32,000 bases of DNA. Source: Acaryochloris thomasi RCC1774 (GTDB lineage: Bacteria > Cyanobacteriota > Cyanobacteriia > Thermosynechococcales > Thermosynechococcaceae). The translations under genes were made by a program, and so were the position numbers. The stretch is taken from assembly GCF_003231495.1 (NCBI RefSeq), contig NZ_PQWO01000022.1, positions 26,163 to 58,162 on the forward strand, given 5' to 3'. Shown in pieces: positions 17,865 to 25,944 of this stretch (its first letter is position 1; every line of letters starts with the position of its first letter). The notes under the pieces were generated by a model that saw only the letters and a program-made list of their open reading frames with translations, was not told the DNA's origin and ran no database searches.

Positions 17865-17878
17865 ACTGATTCGTTAAC

Positions 17879-18307
17879 CTATGACTGAGTCTGCGCGACC
17901 AGCAGCTCCTTTAGCTTTTCTAGCTCGTCGGCCCAACGTGGATCAGGCTGAACGGACTTGGGCTGGGCATTAGAATTCGCGTTCCGCGCCTTGCCCTTGC
18001 CGCCACGCTGACTATTGCTTGGACGACCAGAGCCACCAGCGTCTTCAGCAGGGCTGGCCTTGGGCAAAGCTTTCTCAATCTTGAGAGCACTATCATTAAA
18101 AACATGACCGTTGAACTTTTCGATCAGCTGGTCAGCCTGCTCCTCAGTCTCAACAGTGACAAATCCAAAGCCTCGGCATTTGCCTGTCTTGCGATCAGTC
18201 ACAACCTTCGTTGAAGTCGAATCGCCACCTTCTTGAGCAAACAGAGCCTCCAGCTCTTGGCGGTCTAGCTCTTTGGGCAAATTACCGACGTAAAGACGGA
18301 TGGACAT
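17879..18307 (-). CDS. RRM-type RNA-binding protein with a long non-glycine C-terminal extension (Rbp3-like, type II)
   Basis: RNP2 LYVGNL and RNP1 RGFGFVTV. The C-terminal tail carries PDPRWADELEKLKELL. The start is at ATG 18307 (MSIRLYVGNL), preceded by GGAGG 8 nt upstream. Confidence 0.9.
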   Translation of the reverse strand: MSIRLYVGNLPKELDRQELEALFAQEGGDSTSTKVVTDRKTGKCRGFGFVTVETEEQADQLIEKFNGHVFNDSALKIEKALPKASPAEDAGGSGRPSNSQRGGKGKARNANSNAQPKSVQPDPRWADELEKLKELLVAQTQS

Positions 18308-18503
18308 GAAAACTACCTCCAAAATAAGATATCAACAAACTTTATTTCAAACCAGCGGGTCAAAACTTAAAAATTCCAGCAACAGTCAAAAAATGCATAG
18401 CCCAAGCAGCGACAACAGACGATGAGTATTCCTGACCGCCACTGTCGAACATGCATCCCGGCATGCTCCCCGGAAAAGGCCAACAAACCTGTATCAATCT
18501 AAC

Positions 18504-18573
18504 GGAAAAAGCTTTGGAACACCCTTCCTCCAAAGCTTGAGCACAGAACCCTAAGCTATACATCCGTGCTCAA
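18504..18573 (-). terminator. Tandem hairpins followed by T5 on the minus strand: sRNA 3' end or attenuator in the rbp leader
   Basis: Minus-strand RNA reads TTGAGCAC-(21 nt)-GTGCTCAA (plus-strand coordinates 18537-18544 / 18566-18573). It is directly followed by AAGCTTTGGA-(10 nt)-TCCAAAGCTT (18509-18518 / 18529-18538) and then TTT. The T-run exists only on the minus strand. Confidence 0.35.
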
Positions 18574-18842
18574 TGACAGCGACAACAAACCAAACATGCT
18601 AGCGCTAACCCATGACTTCATGACACAAGACAACTTAAATGCCCCAACCCTGGCAATAGTACTAGTGAAATTCTGATATCAAGTATTTCGCCGATCAATT
18701 AATGCTGCCGTACAGAGATAAGCGCCAATAGCAATTTCCAAGTCACTTTTAACGGTAACATGGTCCCTGCTGATCAAACACAAATCTTCCTACAAGACTT
18801 TTGCAAACTTGCGCGACTAATCTTCGATATCAACAAGCTCTC

Positions 18843-18872
18843 AAAAAAAGCAGCCACAAGACTGTGGCCGCT
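18843..18872 (-). terminator. Strong intrinsic terminator on the minus strand with no annotated gene upstream
   Basis: 10-bp stem (18849-18858 / 18863-18872) with a 4-nt loop. The only non-Watson-Crick pair is G.U on the minus strand, which is A.C on the plus strand. It is followed on the minus strand by T7 (A-run 18843-18849 on plus). Confidence 0.7.
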
Positions 18873-19103
18873 TAAGATTGCTGTGTCGAAAAAAGATAGA
18901 CGCTGATTTTGGAGACAAAAGGCTACAAAGAAGAACTAGTCTTTCCTTGTAAAGGAATGTAACATACCTTGTTTAACGACTGCAACTTTTCTTAGTATTC
19001 GCATTGCTGGAGGAACTTTGTTTGCTATGGTTGCCACATCGACTGCTGACGCCATCCTATAGCTGGGCGAGCATTGAGCTTATCTCAAGAGTGACACGTT
19101 GAC

Positions 19104-19805
19104 ATGGAAGATCGGCAAAGTTCCCGCGATGTAAACCTTAAGGCCCTACTGCGCTCAACTCCTTTTTTTGCAGACTTGCCTGATGCAGTGGTAGATCAGG
19201 CTGTAGCTCACGTCGTAACTCGAGAGCATCCGGCCAACCGCGTCATTCTTCTCGAGAATGACTGGGGTAGCTCGGTCTATTTTATTCTCAGTGGCTGGGT
19301 AAAAATCCGCACTTACAATATTGACGGCAAAGAAGTCACGCTCAATATTGTGGGCAAAGGAGAGGTTTTTGGCGAAATGGCGCCTTTAGATGAAGTACCG
19401 CGCTCCACAGATGTCATTACCCTCACCCCTGCCATGGTCGCGAATTTACCCGCTAACGACTTCGTGACGCTCGTGCAAACTCAGCCACAGGCAGGCATTC
19501 GTCTAGCGAAGCTCATGGCCCGTCGTCTGCGCCAGCTTAACCGACGCCTAAGGCTACGCGAATCGGACAGCACTTCACGAGTTGCCGATATTCTGCTGTT
19601 TCTAGCTGAAGGCCAAGGTAAAGAAAGTCAGGGCGGCATTGAAATTCCTAATTTGCCCCATCGGGAGCTCAGTAGCCTGAGCGGCATGGCTCGAGAGACG
19701 GTGACCCGCGTTTTAGGTAAACTCGAAAAGAAAGGACTAATTCTGCGTGATAATGATACCCTCTGTATCGTGGACGTTGATGCCTTAGAAAACTTACTGC
19801 TGTGA
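19104..19805 (+). CDS. Crp/Fnr-family transcriptional regulator (cNMP-binding domain plus C-terminal HTH)
   Basis: cNMP-binding beta-roll (…VYFILSGWVKI…GEVFGEMAPLDEVPRSTDVITLT…) and HTH (HRELSSLSGMARETVTRVLGKLEKKGLI). It does not look like NtcA. Confidence 0.9.
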   Translation: MEDRQSSRDVNLKALLRSTPFFADLPDAVVDQAVAHVVTREHPANRVILLENDWGSSVYFILSGWVKIRTYNIDGKEVTLNIVGKGEVFGEMAPLDEVPRSTDVITLTPAMVANLPANDFVTLVQTQPQAGIRLAKLMARRLRQLNRRLRLRESDSTSRVADILLFLAEGQGKESQGGIEIPNLPHRELSSLSGMARETVTRVLGKLEKKGLILRDNDTLCIVDVDALENLLL

Positions 19806-19931
19806 TCGCGCTCGCAGACGTTCTATTCCTTTCAGGGTCGGGCCTGTGACACCACCGTTCTCAATAAGTCCAGCAAAAGCTCTACACTCGGTCATCAATA
19901 TTATTTTCGTTTTTTTTGCTAACGGTTAATC

Positions 19932-20642
19932 ATGCCTGAGCCTTTGTCATCTTCTGAGCTAGATGAATTCACCGTTGGTCCACCTGCCGAGAAGAACGTG
20001 CCGTCCTCTCGGCATTTAATTGCAGGTCCACTAATGATGGTGGAGACTGCTTTCTTGGCGAGTACCACGGCCTTAATTTGGCTGATTAACTACTACATCC
20101 CCACGGGGCCATTGCTGCGGATGTTTTTTCCGATTCCGGTGGCGTTGGCTTACCTACGCTGGGGCAAACGAGCCGCCTGGATGACGGCTTTTGTGACCTC
20201 TTTATTGGTTTCTGTACTCATGGGACCACCCCGGAGTATTCAATTCCTGATGCCTTACGGCGTGGTTGGAGTCCTGCTGGGGGGGCTATGGCGACGACGA
20301 GCACCGTGGTCTATCTCAATGGGTTGGGGTGTTTTGACCATGGCTGCTGGCCTCTTCTTTCAGGTAGGCGTGGTCTCACTGCTAGTCGGCACAAACCTGT
20401 GGCTCTACCTTAACCGCCAAGTTTTGGGGTTTCTAGATTGGCTGTTTATTAAGCTAGGGCTTTTAATTCAGCCTGATATTATCGTTGTGCAAATAGGTGC
20501 TGTAGGGCTTGTCTTTTTAAATGCAACCCTTTATTTGCTGCTGGTACATTTAGTTGCCTGGCTACTTTTAGAGCGCTTGGGCAACTCAATTCCAGATCCG
20601 CCCAAGTGGCTGCAGATTCTGCTGGACTATCAAGAAGAGTAG
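19932..20642 (+). CDS. Polytopic membrane protein, DUF2232-like
   Basis: Five to six hydrophobic helices. The family assignment is from memory. It ends 5 nt before the next gene's ATG. Confidence 0.6.
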   Translation: MPEPLSSSELDEFTVGPPAEKNVPSSRHLIAGPLMMVETAFLASTTALIWLINYYIPTGPLLRMFFPIPVALAYLRWGKRAAWMTAFVTSLLVSVLMGPPRSIQFLMPYGVVGVLLGGLWRRRAPWSISMGWGVLTMAAGLFFQVGVVSLLVGTNLWLYLNRQVLGFLDWLFIKLGLLIQPDIIVVQIGAVGLVFLNATLYLLLVHLVAWLLLERLGNSIPDPPKWLQILLDYQEE

Positions 20643-20647
20643 TATCA

Positions 20648-21748
20648 ATGATTCGGGTCTATACCCAACAGCAGCAGGGAGAGCGGTGGCTTCAGCGCTA
20701 TCGGGGCTGTGCCCCGGTATTTGTCTGTGTACTAGGATTCACTGAGACTGCCTTGCTGCCGGGCATTTCGGCAGCAGGCACGACACCCCAGGCTCGGCAG
20801 TATACGGCAATCGCAGATGCTGAGTTTCTAGTGAACGGGCCTTGTCCAGATGTCCAGTATCCACTTCCACCACTGGAACAGGGGGCTTCACCGGTATTTA
20901 TCTCTCGGGCTGTGCTCAATGGTCAGCAGATTAAACCGCAGATTTTCAATGCTGGACTACCCATTCCCCCTAGCGTTAAGCATGTTGATCTGCAGGGCCA
21001 GCCCGCTCGTTGTCTATCAACAGGCACAGCATTACCCCTCAATATCGTAGAAGCACTCTGGCAACAGGGACTGCAGTGGGGGCAAAAACTCGCGGTTCCG
21101 GGCCGCTACATTATTTGTGCTGAGTGCGTGGTGGGAGGGACGACGACAGCGCAGGCGGTTGTGACAGGATTGGGGTTTCTGGTTTCGGGGAAGATCAACA
21201 GCAGTCATCCAGTCTGTAACCACGCTCAAAAGCAGAAGCTCGTTCAAGCTGGGCTGCAGGTTGCCGATCTTTCCTCCAGTGACCCCATAGGTCTAGTCGC
21301 AGCAGTAGGAGACCCAATGCAAATTGTAGTGGCTGGCATGATGATTGCAGCTAGCCAGACATGTGGGGTACTGCTAGCAGGCGGAACGCAGATGCTAGCG
21401 GTTTATGCTCTAGCTCGCTCGATCGCTAGCTCCCAACGCATAGCCTGGAATCCTGAGCAGGTCGTAGTGGGCACAACACGCTGGGTTGCGGAAGACCCCT
21501 CTGGAGACACGGTAGGGTTGGCCAATTTGATTGGTGCAGTTCCCTTGCTGGCGGGTCAGCTTGACTTCTCCAAATCAAAGTACCCCCAACTTCGAGCCTA
21601 TGAACAAGGCTATGTCAAGGAAGGTGTGGGGGCTGGGGGCTGTGCCGCTGTCTCACACCTCTACAAGGGCTGGCACTCAACTGAGCTACTCAGCGAGATC
21701 GAAGCTCTACTGGCACAGCAAAATATGATGAGGCCGTCGTTGGCCTAG
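20648..21748 (+). CDS. CobT-superfamily protein (UPF0284/TIGR00303-like; putative nicotinate-nucleotide--base phosphoribosyltransferase homologue)
   Basis: [23 protein letters not shown]...AIADAEF and [15 protein letters not shown] resemble the archaeal/cyanobacterial CobT-like family. The start is taken at ATG 20648 (MIRVY...) to avoid overlap with the upstream gene. Confidence 0.7.
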   Translation: MIRVYTQQQQGERWLQRYRGCAPVFVCVLGFTETALLPGISAAGTTPQARQYTAIADAEFLVNGPCPDVQYPLPPLEQGASPVFISRAVLNGQQIKPQIFNAGLPIPPSVKHVDLQGQPARCLSTGTALPLNIVEALWQQGLQWGQKLAVPGRYIICAECVVGGTTTAQAVVTGLGFLVSGKINSSHPVCNHAQKQKLVQAGLQVADLSSSDPIGLVAAVGDPMQIVVAGMMIAASQTCGVLLAGGTQMLAVYALARSIASSQRIAWNPEQVVVGTTRWVAEDPSGDTVGLANLIGAVPLLAGQLDFSKSKYPQLRAYEQGYVKEGVGAGGCAAVSHLYKGWHSTELLSEIEALLAQQNMMRPSLA

Positions 21749-21930
21749 TTTCTGCGCATTCTGCGCTTTCTGCGCTTTGCGATCGCTTTACGCTTTTTCT
21801 TCTCTAGGGGTGTTTCAAAGTGGCGATGCTTTCGCATATCGGGAAAGATACCGGCCTTAGACACAGTGCGCTTAAAACGCCGTAGTGCCGATTCAATTCC
21901 TTCGCTTTCACCAACAATAATTTGGGCCAT
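21745..21930 (-). CDS. rpsU: 30S ribosomal protein S21
   Basis: [48 protein letters not shown]... followed by a basic tail. AGGTGA lies 5 nt upstream of the ATG. Confidence 0.95.
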   Translation of the reverse strand: MAQIIVGESEGIESALRRFKRTVSKAGIFPDMRKHRHFETPLEKKKRKAIAKRRKRRMRRN

Positions 21931-21992
21931 CCGGTCACCTATCTTGTAGTAAATGAATAGCGTTACCTAGCCTTAGTTCTCTGGGTAACGCT

Positions 21993-22019
21993 AAAAAAGA
22001 GCAGACTCGCTGTCTGCTC
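21993..22019 (-). terminator. Intrinsic terminator or attenuator between rbp and rpsU
   Basis: GAGCAGAC (21999-22006) / GTCTGCTC (22012-22019) with a 5-nt loop. It is followed on the minus strand by T6 (21993-21998) and lies 36 nt after the rbp stop. Confidence 0.7.
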
Positions 22020-22054
22020 TAGAGACTTTATAAAAAATCTGGCTTTACATCGCC

Positions 22055-22351
22055 TTAGTAGGAGCGATTGTTGCCACCCCAACCACCGCCAGCAGCAGGC
22101 TTGCGATCTTGGCGGGGACGCGCTTTATTGACCTTGAGGTCACGCCCCATCCACTCTGCACCATCTAGAGCCTCAATGGCAGCATCTTCCTCTGCTTCAG
22201 ACTCCATCTCAACAAAGGCAAACCCACGGGGCCGACCCGTTTCACGGTCTGTAGGAACCTTAACATTTTTAACTGTCCCATACTCTTGAAAGACCTGATT
22301 TAGGTCGTCCTGAGTAGCATCGTAGGACAGATTCCCAACATAAACTGACAT
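22055..22351 (-). CDS. RRM-type RNA-binding protein with a short glycine-rich tail (type I Rbp)
   Basis: RNP2 VYVGNL and RNP1 RGFAFVEM, with the C-terminal tail [13 protein letters not shown]. The start is at ATG 22351 ([10 protein letters not shown]), with GGAG upstream. Confidence 0.92.
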   Translation of the reverse strand: MSVYVGNLSYDATQDDLNQVFQEYGTVKNVKVPTDRETGRPRGFAFVEMESEAEEDAAIEALDGAEWMGRDLKVNKARPRQDRKPAAGGGWGGNNRSY

Positions 22352-22838
22352 CAAACAAACTCCAGAATCGGAAAAAGGTAGAGGGTTAGATTCGGAGAGA
22401 CGTCTATTCAACGAGCTTCAAAACCGAAAATAATTCCTTATTAGTTAGAACCTAGCATAATACAAGCTAGAGAAGACATATTACCGTGTTCTGCTTCCCT
22501 GTTCAACTGCCTTTCTTCTGAAGGTTTGCAAGTAACCGTGTCTACCAAGTTTTTCCAAGCGAGATTTGGCGCTCTGAGCTTAGACTCTAAGTGCCATGAG
22601 GTTAGGCTTTGCAGTCGTTGTTGATCCGATATCTTTTTGCATCATCTGGTGCGACTTGATTAACGATAAAGATCATTTACACTGGGACAAATATTAAGAG
22701 TGACGTCGGCGACAAATGGCAATCAGTCCATCCCCTGTGATGTCTCAAAGCGCTACATCGTTTTTGGTGCTGATCTTAGCCTGGTATTCGCTGGTTGCTT
22801 CTGCTCTAGGACGACGACAGGAACGGTATCCTTGAGCT

Positions 22839-24920
22839 ATGGATATTCCCCGCATACATCCTGACACGATTGAGCAGGTTCGCCAGTCTGCTGACATCAC
22901 TGATGTGGTTTCAGAGCATGTGGTTTTGCGTAAACAGGGCCGCAATCTCGTCGGATGCTGTCCCTTTCATGACGAAAAAACACCTAGCTTTAGCGTTAGT
23001 CCTGAAAAGCAGTTTTACTACTGTTTTGGTTGTGGCGCTGGGGGCAATGCCTTTAAGTTCCTAATGGAGTTGGAGAAGCGCTCCTTTGCCGAAGTGGTAT
23101 TGGGGTTAGCCCAGCGCTACGATGTCCCAGTTCAGACCCTGGCGAAAGCTGAAAAGCAGCAGCTCGACCGCAAGCTATCGCTACGGGAGCAGCTTTACGA
23201 GATTTTGGCGATTGCCTGTAGCTTCTATGAACACACGCTACGTCAGCCCCAGGGGCAGTTTGCACTCAGCTATGCCCGCCAGACGCGGCAGTTAAGTGAA
23301 GAGACAATCCAGCAGTTTCAGATGGGCTACGCCCCAGCGGAGTGGCAGGGCCTTTACCAGCATCTTGTCGGAGACAAGAAGTTTCCAGAGGCTTTGGTAG
23401 AGCAGGCGGGCCTGATCGTACCCCGCAAGTCAGGGGAGGGATATTACGATCGATTCCGAGATCGCTTGATGATTCCGATTCACGATCATCAAAGTCGCGT
23501 GGTGGGGTTTGGAAGTCGGACGCTAACAGGAGAAGAGCCCAAATATCTCAACTCTCCAGAGACGGAGCTATTTAATAAGGGTAAGCTGCTGTTTGGGCTT
23601 GATAAGGCTCGTAAAACAATTGTCAAAGACGATCGGGCCATTGTCGTTGAGGGCTACTTTGATGTGATTGCCCTCCATGCGGCAGGGATTACGAATGCGG
23701 TGGCCTCTATGGGGACGGCGATCAGCGAGCATCAGGTAAAGCAGTTGCTGCGCTATACCGACTCCAAGCGGATTGTTCTTAACTTTGATGCGGATGCTGC
23801 CGGGGGAAAGGCTGCTGAACGTGCCATCTCTGAGGTTGAGGCTTTGGCCTATCGTGGTGATGTTCAGCTCAGGGTTCTCAATCTACCCAACGGTAAAGAT
23901 GCCGATGAGTTTCTGCTGCAGGCAAGTCGGGAGGATTATAACCAGCTGGTAGAGGCCGCTCCGCTGTGGCTAGATTGGCAGATTCAGCGGGCAATTGCAG
24001 GTCAAGATCTGCAGCAAGCTGATCAGTTCCAGGCTGCAATCCAAATCATTGTTGAACTGTTGGGCAAACTTCCCAACGCGGCGCTGCGGACTCACTACAT
24101 TCACAATTGTGCTGAACTCCTCAGTCAGGGGGAGTCTCGACTGGCACTGCAGCTGGAAGAGGCCCTACGGCAGCAGGTACGAGGGCAGCGGTGGCTGGGA
24201 CGTTCAGAAAAGTGGCAAAGACCTGCAGACTACACGCTGCGGGAGGCTGCAGAGGCCCAGCTACTAAGAATTTATCTTCACCGGCCCCAGCAGCGCGCCA
24301 CCGTGCGTGAAGCGATGAAAGATCGAGATGTAGAGTTTAGTTTTTCCCATCATCGATTTCTCTGGCGACAGATTTTGGCATTAGAGGAGGAGGCCATCCA
24401 AGCTAATCCTGAGCACTATGCGTCTCATCCTGGAGTGACACCGATCCCCGAGTCGTTGGATCTAATTGCGGCGGTGCAAGATCTCTGTACAACCTTTACG
24501 GATGAGCTGAAGCAGATCTATCACCTGATTCAACTCAATGAAAAAACGGAGTTAGATTTGCTAAGGCCAAACCTCTCGATTCGGGCGGCGTCTGCTGGGC
24601 TAGAGCGCATTGCCTGTGAAAAGCGATGTCGCCATTTGCTGCAAATGTGGGAGTCAGCCCTCAAGTCTGCTAAACGAGAGCTAAAGGGAAAACAAATTCT
24701 AAATGCTTATCTGCAGCACATTCAGCAGATGATTGATGATGAGTCTGAACATGCTCAGACACTACTAGATGAAGAAAGCTACTGTTTGCAAGAGCTAGAA
24801 GATATTCGGCAACTGTATTATCAAGAGAAACGCTACTTAGACAAGCTGGATCAGCAACGATGCATCACCATGAATGATCTAACAGAGGTGGTCATTGAGC
24901 ACAATCTCCATCTCAATTGA
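22839..24920 (+). CDS. dnaG: DNA primase
   Basis: Zinc-ribbon CCPFHDEKTPSFSV...YYCFGCGAGG, RNA-polymerase core, and TOPRIM (VVEGYFDVIAL, NFDADAAG). Confidence 0.97.
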   Translation: MDIPRIHPDTIEQVRQSADITDVVSEHVVLRKQGRNLVGCCPFHDEKTPSFSVSPEKQFYYCFGCGAGGNAFKFLMELEKRSFAEVVLGLAQRYDVPVQTLAKAEKQQLDRKLSLREQLYEILAIACSFYEHTLRQPQGQFALSYARQTRQLSEETIQQFQMGYAPAEWQGLYQHLVGDKKFPEALVEQAGLIVPRKSGEGYYDRFRDRLMIPIHDHQSRVVGFGSRTLTGEEPKYLNSPETELFNKGKLLFGLDKARKTIVKDDRAIVVEGYFDVIALHAAGITNAVASMGTAISEHQVKQLLRYTDSKRIVLNFDADAAGGKAAERAISEVEALAYRGDVQLRVLNLPNGKDADEFLLQASREDYNQLVEAAPLWLDWQIQRAIAGQDLQQADQFQAAIQIIVELLGKLPNAALRTHYIHNCAELLSQGESRLALQLEEALRQQVRGQRWLGRSEKWQRPADYTLREAAEAQLLRIYLHRPQQRATVREAMKDRDVEFSFSHHRFLWRQILALEEEAIQANPEHYASHPGVTPIPESLDLIAAVQDLCTTFTDELKQIYHLIQLNEKTELDLLRPNLSIRAASAGLERIACEKRCRHLLQMWESALKSAKRELKGKQILNAYLQHIQQMIDDESEHAQTLLDEESYCLQELEDIRQLYYQEKRYLDKLDQQRCITMNDLTEVVIEHNLHLN

Positions 24921-25078
24921 GGATTCTGGTGCTGATTGACTCAAAAATCTGAATTTAGATAACAATCGGGGCGCTGTAGTCTTAAGAAATCACGAATCAA
25001 TTCTATATTTGCGGTGAAGTTGATTTTCTGCGCCTAGAATTAGAGTTAAAGGTATACCTAACGCCACCGGGAGAGTTC

Positions 25079-25396
25079 ATGGCTACTCAGAAACAGTTTA
25101 AGAGCTTTGAGGAGATGCTGTCTGCATCCGAGACACCGCTACTGGTTGATTTCTATGCAGATTGGTGCGGTCCTTGCCGGATGCTAGCGCCGATTTTAGA
25201 TCAGGTGCAGTCAATGATGAAGCACCAAGTGCAGGTGGTGAAGATTGATACGGAGCGGTATCCCAATTTAGCAAGCAAGTATAGCGTCCATGCGCTGCCA
25301 ACTCTGGTACTCTTCAAGCAAGGTGATCCGGTGGAGCGTTTGGAGGGCGTGATGCCCGCTGAAGATATCGTGAATCGGCTACAGGCTTTTGTGTAA
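25079..25396 (+). CDS. Thioredoxin
   Basis: WCGPC active site in a 105-aa thioredoxin fold (…LVDFYADWCGPCRMLAPIL…ALPTLVLFKQG…). GGGAGAG lies upstream of the ATG. Confidence 0.93.
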   Translation: MATQKQFKSFEEMLSASETPLLVDFYADWCGPCRMLAPILDQVQSMMKHQVQVVKIDTERYPNLASKYSVHALPTLVLFKQGDPVERLEGVMPAEDIVNRLQAFV

Positions 25397-25485
25397 AGGT
25401 TATGCTGGTGGGTAGAATTTGCGGATTATTGACTCTTTGCAGATCCTTTGATGGCTACAGACTCTATGTTTAGGAGAGGCTACCG

Positions 25486-25797
25486 ATGCTAAGTCGCAAG
25501 ATCTATCAACTCCATACTGATGGCCAAGACGTTTGGATCTTCTTGCGAGACCAGCAACGATGGTTAGAACGCGCGCGCATTATCGATGTTGAGGGGGATT
25601 TGCTGACGCTGCGCTACGAGACTGAAGAGGAGGATGAGATTTGCTCTTGGGAAGAAATCATCCGGATTGAAAGTGTAGGGGCCATTACCCGTAAGCTTGC
25701 GTCAGTGCCGAAGGGTGAAGCTGACCTCTTGGTCTCGGAGGACTGTCCTGAGGCTGAGCAAATCAGAGAATCACATCCAGACTCAAATACTGATTAA
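25486..25797 (+). CDS. Hypothetical protein (103 aa, acidic C-terminus)
   Basis: The ORF has AGGAGAGG upstream and its own downstream terminator. I recognise no motif. Confidence 0.6.
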   Translation: MLSRKIYQLHTDGQDVWIFLRDQQRWLERARIIDVEGDLLTLRYETEEEDEICSWEEIIRIESVGAITRKLASVPKGEADLLVSEDCPEAEQIRESHPDSNTD

Positions 25798-25881
25798 AGG
25801 GTTTTAGACCCATTCGAAGTCTTTTGAAGATTGTCAGCCTGAGATTTCTGAAAGGTTGGAGTCTGGCGTGATTCATTTATC

Positions 25882-25914
25882 AATTGCGCAGACAATGTCT
25901 GCGCAATTTGTTTG
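25882..25914 (+). terminator. Intrinsic terminator
   Basis: Perfect 12-bp stem AATTGCGCAGAC (25882-25893) / GTCTGCGCAATT (25897-25908), 3-nt loop, then a TTGTTTGG tail. Confidence 0.7.
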
Positions 25915-25944
25915 GCACCTCTCAATTTTGGCGAAGGGGTTTAG

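Noticed and set aside
18360-18563. A 67-aa minus-strand ORF in the long rbp-crp spacer
   Set aside because: It is rich in Cys, Trp and Phe. It has no SD, and it spans the tandem hairpin region. It is more likely non-coding, but it is mentioned in the findings because the region is unexplained.
20606-20647. The tracked N-terminal extension of the CobT-like gene, which overlaps the upstream membrane-protein gene by 37 nt
   Set aside because: The internal ATG at 20648 (MIRVYTQ...) removes the overlap and leaves a 5-nt spacer. The extension peptide is not protein-like.
21751-21800. A tandem-looking TTCTGCGC(T) repeat
   Set aside because: It is explained by the Arg/Lys-rich C-terminal tail of S21 (…[10 protein letters not shown]) encoded on the minus strand.
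22532-22545. A perfect NtcA-type palindrome, GTA-N8-TAC
   Set aside because: GTAN8TAC is expected several times by chance in 32 kb. No suitably spaced TAN3T -10 box lies about 22 nt downstream on either strand.
22579-22591. A 13-nt palindrome, CTTAGA-C-TCTAAG, in the rbp/dnaG spacer
   Set aside because: It has short 6-bp arms and no second copy or associated promoter elements. It could easily be chance.
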